Assembly (NCBI GenBank): GCA_964019335.1 | Contig: OZ025679.1 | Span: 547,608-611,607 of the forward strand | Reading direction: 5' to 3' | DNA: 64,000 nt | Source of the DNA: Diplonema japonicum | Taxonomy: Eukaryota; Protista; Euglenozoa: Diplonemea | In this document: piece by piece, positions 1 to 10,318 of the stretch | Numbering within the stretch: position 1 is the first letter of the stretch | Layout of the letters: every line of letters begins with the position of its first letter | The notes under the pieces: model-generated | What the model saw: only the letters and a program-made list of their open reading frames with translations | The model's database searches: none | What the model was told of the DNA's origin: nothing | Position numbers and translations under genes: made by a program

Positions 1-12
1 TGCAATCTGAAC

Positions 13-2037
13 ATGCTGCGCAGCTATAGGCTCCCCGTCACGGGCACTGGCTTGGGTTTCAGTGTAGCCAACAAAAGCGGTACTGTGGTGGTGACAAGTG
101 TTCTGCATGGCAGTAAAGCAGCCTCGCGGGGTGTGTATCCCAACTCTCTTATACGGTTCGTGAATCAAAGGACCGTGGGCAGCTTGCGTGAGTACCGGGA
201 ACTCATTGCGGGGAGTAATGAAGTGCTACTCGAGATGCAGCCACCGTCGGATGAGTATTCAGAGAGCCTCTTAGTGAGGTATATGTTGTTCATACAGCCA
301 GCAGGTAAGGTGAAGGTTACGTTCGTGGTTACAAAACAGTACATCACCCTGTACGTTGGGCGGCACGAGGTATACCGGCAGCTTACCATCAAGGAAATTG
401 AGGAAGTGACCTCAGTACTTGCGAATGACTCGAGCATCATAGTCCTGAAGCTGCAGGGCGAGGGCGCAGGCAACGAGGTGCTGCTCTCGGAAGATGCCGA
501 CGAGAGGAACCCTCCTGGGGGAAGTGTGGATGTACCTGAGTTTGTAAACAATCTGATGTTCATTGATGCACGGAGTGCCTCCTCTGGCAGCCATGCAAGC
601 AATGGTAGCCGACGTGTAAGCGCTGGAGGGGCAAGCAAGATCAGCGTACCATGTGCCCCGTCGAGCCACTCAAGTCGACACAGCACTCATCCCAGCCGTC
701 AGGGTACCAACCACCCTCGCAGTCCCCGCAGCACCCACAGCATAGTGCACGTGCACCCAACATCGTATCCATTTGTCCCGAGCAACCACTCATCCCACGT
801 GAGCAGCCACCACGACGATGGCCCCTTCGACCCCTTCCCAGCACGTTCCGTAAGTGCCGCCAGTTCAATGACAGAAGGAGCTTCCGTCCACTCCACAGAT
901 GATGACCTTCCACAGCTCACTGTCTTCGACCTTTCCCCTGAGTACAATCCCATCAAGCCGTTGATCAAAAAGAATGGTGGTGCCTTGTTGCACTTTGCAG
1001 CCCTGTGCCGGAAGATGCCTGGCGGCTCAGACACACGTATCCTGCTTGTAACGGACAAGGCACTTTACGTTTGGCTGAACAATGGAAAAGCTTCCCGCTG
1101 CCTTCCGTTCAGGGCAATCACCGAAGTCCTTATTACAAGGGAGAATCTTATAGGGTTACGAGTACACAAGGATTACGACCACGATCTGCTGGTGAAGCTC
1201 CTGGATAACACACCCAGGCAGCTGTGTAACACTCTATCATTGTTAGTTCCCTCGCTTCCCTTTAGAGATTTGGGGAAGACAAGCCTTGAGGCGGTGAAAG
1301 AGAAGATGTGGCTGAAGAAGAGCGTTGAGTGGCGAATGGCATCAAGCATGGTGCTCCCCTTTACGTATAGGTGTGTCACCGCACAAACTTGCCCACCACA
1401 CTACAGGAACGATCTTGTGAACGCACAGCGCTTTGGGTCCAACTCACCAGATCCTGTGGGGATGCTCGACGGTCCACGGTCGCCAGCAGGCTTGCCGTTA
1501 CCTGCGACTGTTCCTTCCGTTCAAATTCCCTCACGTACCCACGCAATGTCTGTAAAGGAGATCAGTCCGAGGCGAACCGAGCAGCAAGAGCATCTGCACC
1601 TGCAACAACAAATACAGGAACAGCAGCAGCAGCTGCAACTACTTCAGCAGCAGCTGCAACAGCAGGAGCAGCTGTCCGTGAACAATGACTTAGAAGGTCT
1701 ACACCAACAGATGCAGCACCTCACGCAACAGATAGGGTGCGTGGGCACTGAGGTGAAGAAGCTTCGCATCCAGAAGCCCATCGGGACGACCGAACTAGAA
1801 TGTAAAATAGAAGCTTTAGAACATAGCATAGATGGTAAGGTTACTGGTTCGGTGGACCTCCAGCAGCGGGTCACAGCATTGGAGGACCTCCTCTACAACA
1901 CAATGCAGCCTTTAGGTACAGCAAAACACTATCGAGCAGGCACCCCTGAGAGGCGGAGAGGGGCAGTGGGTGTTTGCAGTGACTCAAAAGTGATGTATAT
2001 GAGAGTGCCGCCGGCCAAACGATCCAACCACATGTAA
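13..2037 (+). CDS. PDZ-domain protein with two PH/myosin-TH1-like modules and a Gln-rich coiled coil
   Basis: N-terminal PDZ-like GLGFSV...VVVTSVLHGSKAASRGV. The module RILLVTDKALYVW...RCLPFRAITEV...IGLRV...HDLL has a weaker upstream copy. Poly-Q coiled coil near the C-terminus. The start lies near the window edge and is uncertain. Confidence 0.6.
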   Translation: MLRSYRLPVTGTGLGFSVANKSGTVVVTSVLHGSKAASRGVYPNSLIRFVNQRTVGSLREYRELIAGSNEVLLEMQPPSDEYSESLLVRYMLFIQPAGKVKVTFVVTKQYITLYVGRHEVYRQLTIKEIEEVTSVLANDSSIIVLKLQGEGAGNEVLLSEDADERNPPGGSVDVPEFVNNLMFIDARSASSGSHASNGSRRVSAGGASKISVPCAPSSHSSRHSTHPSRQGTNHPRSPRSTHSIVHVHPTSYPFVPSNHSSHVSSHHDDGPFDPFPARSVSAASSMTEGASVHSTDDDLPQLTVFDLSPEYNPIKPLIKKNGGALLHFAALCRKMPGGSDTRILLVTDKALYVWLNNGKASRCLPFRAITEVLITRENLIGLRVHKDYDHDLLVKLLDNTPRQLCNTLSLLVPSLPFRDLGKTSLEAVKEKMWLKKSVEWRMASSMVLPFTYRCVTAQTCPPHYRNDLVNAQRFGSNSPDPVGMLDGPRSPAGLPLPATVPSVQIPSRTHAMSVKEISPRRTEQQEHLHLQQQIQEQQQQLQLLQQQLQQQEQLSVNNDLEGLHQQMQHLTQQIGCVGTEVKKLRIQKPIGTTELECKIEALEHSIDGKVTGSVDLQQRVTALEDLLYNTMQPLGTAKHYRAGTPERRRGAVGVCSDSKVMYMRVPPAKRSNHM

Positions 2038-2098
2038 CTGTATAGTTGTTTTATTCTTCTTTGTGAATCTTTCCTTTCTAGTACCCACCACAGGGAAG

Positions 2099-3134
2099 AT
2101 GTCTGGCACTCAAGCACCGTCCTTCGAGGCAGATATCACCAGGAACAGGAAGAAGGTGGTATGGCGGAAGGAGGAGTGCGATAGGCACGAGATGACGATG
2201 CGCGACAAGGAAGCTGCAGGGTACTGGCTGATCTCCATGCCTGAGCATGTGGGGAAGATGCTGGCTAGCAGGGGACCAGGTGCGAGGCCGAGGGGAATCA
2301 TGAAGATATGTAAGTCAAGGAAACAGGGGAAGAAGGAGTGCATGATGCATGTAAGGTTTGAAGGGGAAGGCGTGCTGCCCGTGCGGCACTGTCAGATGTG
2401 CGGTCTTGCCGATGACTCGCATGGCACGAAGCTATGCTGCAAGCAGAAGGCGGTTCCTTGGTGCTCTTTTGATTCTCTGCCGTATTGCGAATACTGTGGA
2501 ACAAGGCTGATAGGAGCGCAGCAATGCCATGAGTGCAAAACGGTGGAGGTGCAGCTGCTGATGAGTACCCAGCCAGCCGACAGACCGCTGATTGGGATTA
2601 CGGCGGCGAAAACGGATAAGTCATACAGCTACGAGCTGGACAAGACGCCTGTGAATGACCGGCTGGACATGGTGGTCCCTGAGGTGCTGAGTAGTGCGGG
2701 GGTGCAGAAGATGGTGATCATGAAGAAGACGTGGAAGTGCTCTGACTGTGGAACGGCGACGCAGGGCAAATGCGTTGTGACTGGAAAACTCCACGAGCCG
2801 CCTGTCGAGCGCAAAACAGAGATCGAGAATGAGGAGTACGAGCGCATCGACGAGGAGCTGGACTTCAAGTTCACGAAGCGCCCAGACGACGTGGTTCTCG
2901 CAAACATCGTGCGTGCCATGCAGACCGCCCCCGACAAGGTATACCCCTCGCTATGCTCACTTCATACAGAAATGGAACATCATATCTATCGGCAATGCTG
3001 CTCTCGAAAACCACAAGCAAGTGAAGTACCTTGTTGGTATGCACAGCCACCACTGCACCACCACCACAGGCAAGGTCGCCGTGAAGGTCGACGAAATGTA
3101 CTACAAACTGATGCCCAAGCACCACAAGAAATAA
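2099..3134 (+). CDS. Probable divergent TFIIF beta (RAP30)-like protein with Cys/Zn-ribbon insertions; 2 introns
   Basis: Start follows cacag-GGAAG-ATG. Introns 2939-2969 and 3037-3069 give a C-terminus KRPDDVVLANIVRAMQTAPDKKWNIISIG...YYKLMPKHHKK resembling the RAP30 winged helix. N-terminal YWLISMPEHV resembles the RAP30 WLVKVP motif. Contains CxxC pairs. Confidence 0.45.
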
Positions 3135-3708
3135 GAATAAAGATAGCCGTTGAAAGGGTCATCTCCCTTCTATCTATGCACAGCATTTTGTACTGTGTTT
3201 TCCCTTTTTTATTTTTTTTTATAAACATTGCCGCGTTTTCCCAAAGGTCTTGTCAAAAGCCGTCCGTAAGACATCTGAGCTTGTTTACAATTAGTATGGA
3301 TGGGTCTGGGATTGTTTGACCACTTTTTGCACTTTTCATGTTTTTTGTGACCCTGCACCCCCTGACGACCGGAGCACAAGTAGCAGTTCTACCACAACGC
3401 GAGTGCTTTTAGTGTCTATGCTTTGAACAGCAACCTTCAATGAAACCCATTTTTAACGAGACCATGGTCCCCCATGCAAATTTGAGGGTTTTAAGTGATC
3501 CAGGTGGCCCCAAAGACCCAGTATACAATGAGAGAAATTGGGTTGGTGCTGCCCAGTTTCGGACGGGGAACGAAAAACCGAAAACCCCGATTGACCAATG
3601 ACGACAATTAAGGCCGTTGGAAGACGCGACCATCCCAAGGCTGGATTGTCGGCGAGTATGTATTTACACTGCAGTTTCACCGTTTGCTCTTAACACACAT
3701 ATCACAAA

Positions 3709-5001
3709 ATGTTGCGCCGTGCTGCCTGGTTAGCTGGTCCTCTTAGGCACTCGCTGAGGAGTGTGAGCCTTCCTGCCGACAAGAAGAAGAACAACAGTGA
3801 GTGCATCGACCAGCAGCCCGCTCGCAGGAGCACGCTGTTCCCCACGCTGCAGGAGAAGGGCATGACTGTTGGTGAGGTCAACAACGGCGTCTCCAGTATG
3901 CAAAGGGCGTTGTCCTTCGACCACAGTGGGGAGGACCAGGTCAAGGCTGAGTACTTCGCTTGCCGCGAGAACGCTGCGATCTGGGACATGTCGTCCTTCG
4001 TGAAGCTGAGGATCTCCGGCCCCGACGCCTCTGCGGAGTTGGAGCACCTTTGCTCCCTCACGGTGGACCGCCCTGTCGAAGAGGGCCGTTTGGTCTACTG
4101 CTGCCTCTGCAACAAGGATGGCGGCATTGAGGCTGACGTCACTGTGCTGCGTACGGGCGAGGAGGAGTACTACATGGTGGTCGGCGCGGAGCTGCTCCGT
4201 CACGTTCTGCACTACCTGCGCAGCCACATCAGGCCGGGCAAGAAGGTTACTGTGACAGATATCAGCGACGATGTGGGCGTGCTGTGCTGTGCCGGCCCTA
4301 CTAGCAGGGCTGTGCTGGGTGATGCTGTCCCTGGCGCCGACTTCTCGAACGAAGCCTTCCCGTTCGCCACCGCCAAGAGGTTGACCATCAACGACGTGCC
4401 CGTGCTGGCCCTCAGGGTGTGCTTCATGGGCGACCTTGGGTGGGAGCTGCACTGCGACATGGAGAACCTGCCTGTCTTGTATGATGCCGTGTCCGCTGCG
4501 GGGGCTACCTACGGGGTCCGCGACGCGGGGTACGCATGCCTTGCCAGTCTGAGGACGGAGAAGATGTTCCTGCACTGGGGGAAGACCATGCGTGTCGGCG
4601 TCGAAGTGACTGCACAGGAAACACCCTTGGAGATTGGCTTCCCTGTTAAGAAGGCCCCGTTCATTGCGTCGCAGGCGCTGGGTGAGAAGAAGGGGAAGGT
4701 CTCCAAGAGGCTGATCACTATCCAGCCGAATGAGCCGACAGACCTGAGGTTCAAGGGACATGAAGTGCTTCTAAGGGACGGGAAGGAGGTGGGCATCGTC
4801 TCCACAACAGCCTACTCCTACGGCCTCGAGAGGCCTGTCGCCATTGGATGGATCGACAACGAGGGCGCCCCTGCTAAGTGGAGCTGGGTCCTCAGCCCTG
4901 ATGCCAAGCACGAGGTGCGCCTTGACGACGGTACCCTCGTGCCCTGCCAGCTCTCGAAGAGGGCCGCCTTCGACTCTGACGGCGCCCGTATGCGTTCATA
5001 G
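3709..5001 (+). CDS. Mitochondrial GcvT/aminomethyltransferase-family folate-binding protein, similar to the C-terminal half of dimethylglycine/sarcosine dehydrogenase
   Basis: MLRR presequence; motifs ACRENAAIWDMSSFVKLRISGPDA, GGIEADVTV, RVCFMGDLGWELH and SLRTEK; strong GC3 codon bias; no intron. Confidence 0.85.
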   Translation: MLRRAAWLAGPLRHSLRSVSLPADKKKNNSECIDQQPARRSTLFPTLQEKGMTVGEVNNGVSSMQRALSFDHSGEDQVKAEYFACRENAAIWDMSSFVKLRISGPDASAELEHLCSLTVDRPVEEGRLVYCCLCNKDGGIEADVTVLRTGEEEYYMVVGAELLRHVLHYLRSHIRPGKKVTVTDISDDVGVLCCAGPTSRAVLGDAVPGADFSNEAFPFATAKRLTINDVPVLALRVCFMGDLGWELHCDMENLPVLYDAVSAAGATYGVRDAGYACLASLRTEKMFLHWGKTMRVGVEVTAQETPLEIGFPVKKAPFIASQALGEKKGKVSKRLITIQPNEPTDLRFKGHEVLLRDGKEVGIVSTTAYSYGLERPVAIGWIDNEGAPAKWSWVLSPDAKHEVRLDDGTLVPCQLSKRAAFDSDGARMRS

Positions 5002-5232
5002 ATGCAAATGGTTAACACAACATTATAAATTGTGCTTTATCATTTTACCTCTCTCTCTCTCTCTCTTTTTTTTTCTTCTTTCTTTTTTTAATTTTTTTTT
5101 TGATTTTCTTTTTGTCAAAAACTGTCACTCTTCGCGTGCTTGGTGAGCGTAACCTCGTATTTTTTTTTCTTTTTTTTTTTTATATCCATTCGGCCGAGAA
5201 CGGCTCTCTCCTACCTGATGAAAGCTGTAAGC

Positions 5233-5263
<31 letters not shown>

Positions 5264-6614
5264 GAAATGGAGAGAAGCCTTAGTATCCGTCTACGCATTC
5301 ATCCCCTGTGCGGTCCTTTCACAGGCGCCAACTGTAGTTTGCTCCTTTTTTTTTTTTTTAAAGAAATATTTTATTCTCTGTGTTCTCCTTCATTTTATTT
5401 TTAATTTTTTCGTGTTTCCCTCCGTTGCTCCTTCCCCCTTCCCCCGTCCAGTTTTTTTTTTTTTTTTTTTTTTTTTTGATCCACACGCCTATTTTTAAAA
5501 GGGGAATAAAAATGTCCCGTAAAATCAATTTCTCCTTTTTTGGGCTACATGAAAATTTCTCCCTTGTTGTTTTTTTTCTTTCTTTTCTGATTTCCTCTTT
5601 TTTTTTTTTTTTCATTTTTCCCCTCTTTTTTTTCCCCCTTGTTTTTTTTCTTTTTTTTCTCGCTCATTCAACGAAGGCGGGTTAAATCAAGAAAAGAAAA
5701 GAAGGGGGAAAAGAGGAAAAATAAAAAGATAACAAATCAAGGCAATCAAAAGGTCTACAGAAAAGAAAAGAAGACAAATAAGGGGGATGGAGGGGGATTA
5801 CCCACAATACTAAAGATTTTACTAAAGAAAAAAAAGATTAGTTTTTTTTTTTTTTTAAATAAATAAATAAATAAATAAATAAAAAAACAGAAGCGAAAAA
5901 AAAAAAGATCTAACGTAAAAGAAATTGAATTAGTTTTTTTATTATTTTTTTTTATTACTTCCCTCATCTCGATGAGTTTTTTTTTTTTTTGACATGTAAA
6001 AGAATATGAAAAGAAAAAGAGAATGAGGCCATCTGGTTAGCTTCCTTTTTTTTTTTTTCAGTCTATATTTTTTATTTTGTTTTTTTTTCACTCTATGGAA
6101 AAAGGATATGGGTTCCTGTATGTTTTCTTAGTGGCGTTCCCAGGCACTCTGCGGTAAGAAGAAAAAAAAAAATGAAGAGCAAAAAAAAAAAAAAAGAAAA
6201 AAAAAGACCACAAAAAACAACAGACCCGTTCAGTCTCCCCTGCTCCTACCCTTTTTTTTCCTGATACTCTTTCCCCTTCCCCAAATCTGCATTTTTATTT
6301 TTTTTATTTGTTATTCCAAACATGGGCATGGGCATATTCCACGATTTATTATTTTTTTTTCTTTCTTCGCAAGTGAGGAACAGTCTGAGGCGTGTAGCCC
6401 ATTGCATGCAGCACTCTCACAGGGACGGCCGTTCGCCTTTCTTCTTTTTTTTTCTGTTGTGCCACCTCACGCGGAACTTCTTTCCTTTCCACTCGAAATG
6501 CCCTGCCCCCCCCCCTTTTTTTTGTTTGTCTTATTTTCTCTTTTTTTTTATTCTTTTTTTATTCCTTCGTTATTCCTGTTCCACATGCAACATCCCATTC
6601 ACACGCTCAGGAAC

Positions 6615-9440
6615 ATGGACACCGCCCTCTGTCTTGCAGACATGGCCCCTCCTATAGGGGCCAAGGTCGATGGCTCTGTGAGGACAAAGCGGGGCGAGCA
6701 CGCCTTCACCCACCCCGAGTGGGACCGGCCTTGGCGGTCGAAGTCTCAGCAACGCCGTGCTGAGGAGCTCACAGCCAAGGAAGTCGAGGCCGAGACGCAG
6801 GCACGAAAGAACAACGTTCTCCGCAGGCAGATCCAAGTGACACAGGCACAGCTCCGAAAGGAGGCCTCGGAGAAGCAAGCGGATATAGCCTACCTCGAAG
6901 AAGAGCACAAGTTGCAGACTCTCAAGCATGAAGGATCTTTCACAGATTTCAAAGAAGAAGCCAGCCGCAGGGAAATGGCCTTAAAGAGACAGCTAGCAAA
7001 CCTTCAGAGAGCCAAAGATGACGAGAGCCGCCTGGCAAGTGAAGAGAAGAGACGTCTCGAGACGCAGATCACAACCCTCTCCGAGGGCCACAGCAAGGAG
7101 CTGGCGCAACAAGTGCGGAACGACAAGCTGGAGATCGACAGCCTTGCGAAGCTGCTGGCGGCCAAAGACAAAGAGCTCAAAGAAGCGGAGACACGCCACC
7201 ACAAAGAAGCCCTGGAGGCCCTGACATCGAAAGACGCTGCTTCAGACGCTTTGGTGAAGCAGCTACATGAGGCTGATGAGAACTGGCGGCAGGCACTTGA
7301 CGATCAGCAGAACAGGTCTAACGCCTTGCGAAAGGAGGACCTACTCAGAGCGGAGGGGCTGGAATCCAAGTTGAAGGAAGCGAACGAAAAGGTGGCTGAA
7401 GGGCTGAGAAAGATCTCGACACTAGAACGGAAGATAGGGACCCTTGAGAATGACGCGACAGGGTGGGCTAACAGGCTGCTGTCACAGGTGGACACAATGG
7501 TGAACTCCTTCACAGGCACGGCGCCCATGGTGACGATCCTGCCGAAGGATAAGCCCGCGAACCCCTTGCGCGAGAGGCTGTGGTACAGGCTGCAGCAGTT
7601 GTGGGAGCTTGTCAACTCGCAGCACGACGCAGAGCGAAAGATGAGAGATGACAAAGAGACCAAAGAGGAATACCAGATGAGGGAGAAGAAGCAAGAGAAA
7701 GAAAGGTGGGAAGAGCGTCGCAGGGACATGCTGAATCTGGAGCAGGAGATGGATGACCTGAGGCAGAAGCAGGAGCGGCTCTCCAAGGCTTATGAAGAGC
7801 TGCGCCGTCATGCCGACGATGTCGAGCAGAGCGAGAGGTACCTCACTCACAGGCTGCACTACTTCGTCGACGATGTTATTGTGTCGGAGGAGAGCAGGAC
7901 CCAGCCCACAGCACCCCCCGCCCCGCGGCCGGGTCCCATGTACATTGTTTTCCTTTCGGCGCAGAGCACGTCACTTGTTTCTGAGAAACAACTGGTATCC
8001 AAACATTTTCACCAGCAACACCACACAGTTTAAAGCGGCGATGGAGATCTTCACTCGTGTCGTGCGGACGACAGGCCACCTTCGGGGCGGATACGAGGTA
8101 TTTTTCTTCACTTCTCTAAGATCTACACAGGCTGCTTGCAAAGGAGATGGGTTTCTGTTCCTTTTTCAGAACGTGGCTGAAGCTTATGAGTTTGCCCTTG
8201 ATGTGCAGCTGGGGCTATACAGTGCGAGGTGGCCTGCTGCAGTGCTGCAGCACACTGACATCCATGGCAGCGACGATTTGTGGAATGGCGTCAAGTGTAG
8301 GATTGCCGTGCACTATGGCATCGTGGAGGTATGGTGATAGGTGGCCAGGTTTACCTTTTCACACAGAAAGACTCAATCGGCCTTGTTGAGGAGAGGACTT
8401 ATCACGGAGCTGGGCTTGTGTATGCAGCTGCTGTGCACGAGAAGACGGCCCCGGGACAGATTGTTCTCAGTGGCAGGTCGTGGGATGAAGTGCAGCACAA
8501 GCTGGACGTCTTGCCCAAGGTGGACATCGTGTCTCTCGGAATGCACACAGTGGTCGCAACCAGCAGTGGAGACGGCGTGGAACCAGATCGTCTGATGCAG
8601 ATCCTGCCTGACAGGCTGGCAGGCAGGCGATTCCCACCAGTAGCTCAAACGGCCGCGTTGTCCATTGGCCATCAGGAGACCTTGTGCGATGCAACGCTGA
8701 AGGAGGTTGAACTGTTCCACAAGAATGGGAACGCCCTACGCAGGGGAACCGAAGCCATCACGGAGGAGCTAGAAGCTATTAGCAAGGCAGCTATTGTGAC
8801 CACGGGGAAGCTGCGGAATATGCAGTTGGACAAACCGTGGAAACAGGAGGACATGGTGGGAGCTTATGCGACCATCGATGAGATGATGCTGCGTCACGAC
8901 ACCACGAGGAAGACCCTGCAAGACATCAGTGTTGCACAGGAACACCTGTCCCGCCAGCAGAGATGCTTGGAGACTGCGGTGGCGGTACACAATGAGAGCG
9001 TGCTCACTGAATCAGAACACAGGCGGGAGATTCTTATCATGAAACAAAAGCATGAAGAGCAGCTGCACGCTGTGCAGTCGCAATGCAAGGCAGAGGCACA
9101 GAGGCTCTTGCTGTCTGTGATGAAGAAAGATGAAGTGCAGCAGCGTGCCATGAACGCAAGTACCCTCGAGCACCTTCAGAGGGAGATCGCGAGCCAGCGG
9201 CGTGGGTACCACGACGAGATGTTCGATAGAGAGGGCCCCATCAGACACCTGGACAGACATGGCCCCCGTTCTCAGGGGACAAGCCCTAAACGAAGCAAGA
9301 CAAAGCGTGGCAGCGTGGCAACCTGGGGCAGGTCCCGAACACCGAAGCACTCTAAGCCGCTGCAAACGACGACGCCTATCTTTTCTCCATCCGTGCGGAG
9401 TCGGCCCGACAGCTTCTTGGGTGGCTTGTCGTTAGCGTAG
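6615..9440 (+). CDS. Coiled-coil protein with a degenerate class III nucleotidyl cyclase domain; 3 introns
   Basis: Start follows cag-GAAC-ATG. Introns 7995-8028, 8098-8130 and 8329-8366 join three ORF-track ORFs. Motifs IVFLSA, GGYE..KGDGFLFLF, ARWP, WNGVKCRIAVHYG and APGQIVLS. Confidence 0.75.
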
Positions 9441-9622
9441 GCATACCTTTAATATTGGTGGACCTCTTCCATCTGTGAATTTATTTGTATTTTAGTAGTT
9501 TGTTACAGAGGCATTCCCTTTCTTGCCCGAAGCTTTCTTGTGTTTTAACCATTGTCAATTCTAGATGCAGTAGCTAGACTTTTTAATTTGAGCAACACTC
9601 TGACGTACTCTCACTAGGTGCC

Positions 9623-10236
9623 ATGGAGTGTTCGCTGGACAGTCTGCACTTTCCGCTGCGGCCCCTGAGGGACATGGTGGGGGTTGTGAATATAGTGAGG
9701 GTATTGAACAATAGTGCTGACTTCGTGCAGTACAAAGTAACGTCGACGCACAAGGAGTGCATCAATGCCCACCCTTGCAATGGGATGCTAAGCCCGTGGG
9801 CAGAGACGGAGGTGGAAATAAGATGGTGTGAAGATGTACCCATGCGTGACTACAGCAACCTGAGACCACCGCAACAGCCACGCGTCAGGATACAGCCAGT
9901 AAATGGTGGTCCTTCGCATGAGCTACACGTCTTGTTTGAGATGCCTAAGGAGAGTGCCAAACACTACTTCTACGTGGGTACAACCCTCTACGCCCATCCA
10001 CCGCCTTTCGTTGCCTCCGCCTCAGACATAGGCACAGCAGACGTCACGCGGTATGAGGAGTCCAGAAAGCGAGACCGCCCCATCCTCTCTGACACATACT
10101 CTTCGGAAACAGAGGTATGCCAAAGTGACACGTCGCAACCCCACAGTCCGAGTTATCTGGCTTCGAGCACCACACACGACACCACCCTATACGGCACACC
10201 CCTGATACACGGATCTGTACTTGTTTACTTTCTTGA
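9623..10236 (+). CDS. MSP/PapD-like domain protein ending in a CaaX-like motif; 1 intron
   Basis: MSP-like VRVLNNSADFVQYKVTST...PCNGMLSP..ETEVEI. Intron 10115-10146 (GTATG..CAG) shifts the frame to ...RICTCLLS* at 10236, followed by a pyrimidine-rich spacer and a new acceptor at 10309. Confidence 0.6.
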
Positions 10237-10318
10237 TTTACACCTTTTTACCTTTTTTTCCGCATTAATAACGCATCGTGTTCACCACTGCCTTATTTCT
10301 GCTCTACAGGGATGCGAG

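Noticed and set aside
3320-3700. Possible MITE or ncRNA between the TFIIF-like and GcvT genes
   Set aside because: No convincing terminal repeats, TSD or box motifs found by eye.
5185-5295. Hammerhead ribozyme (CTGATGA ... GAAA ... GTC)
   Set aside because: Stem I and stem II cannot be closed around the core.
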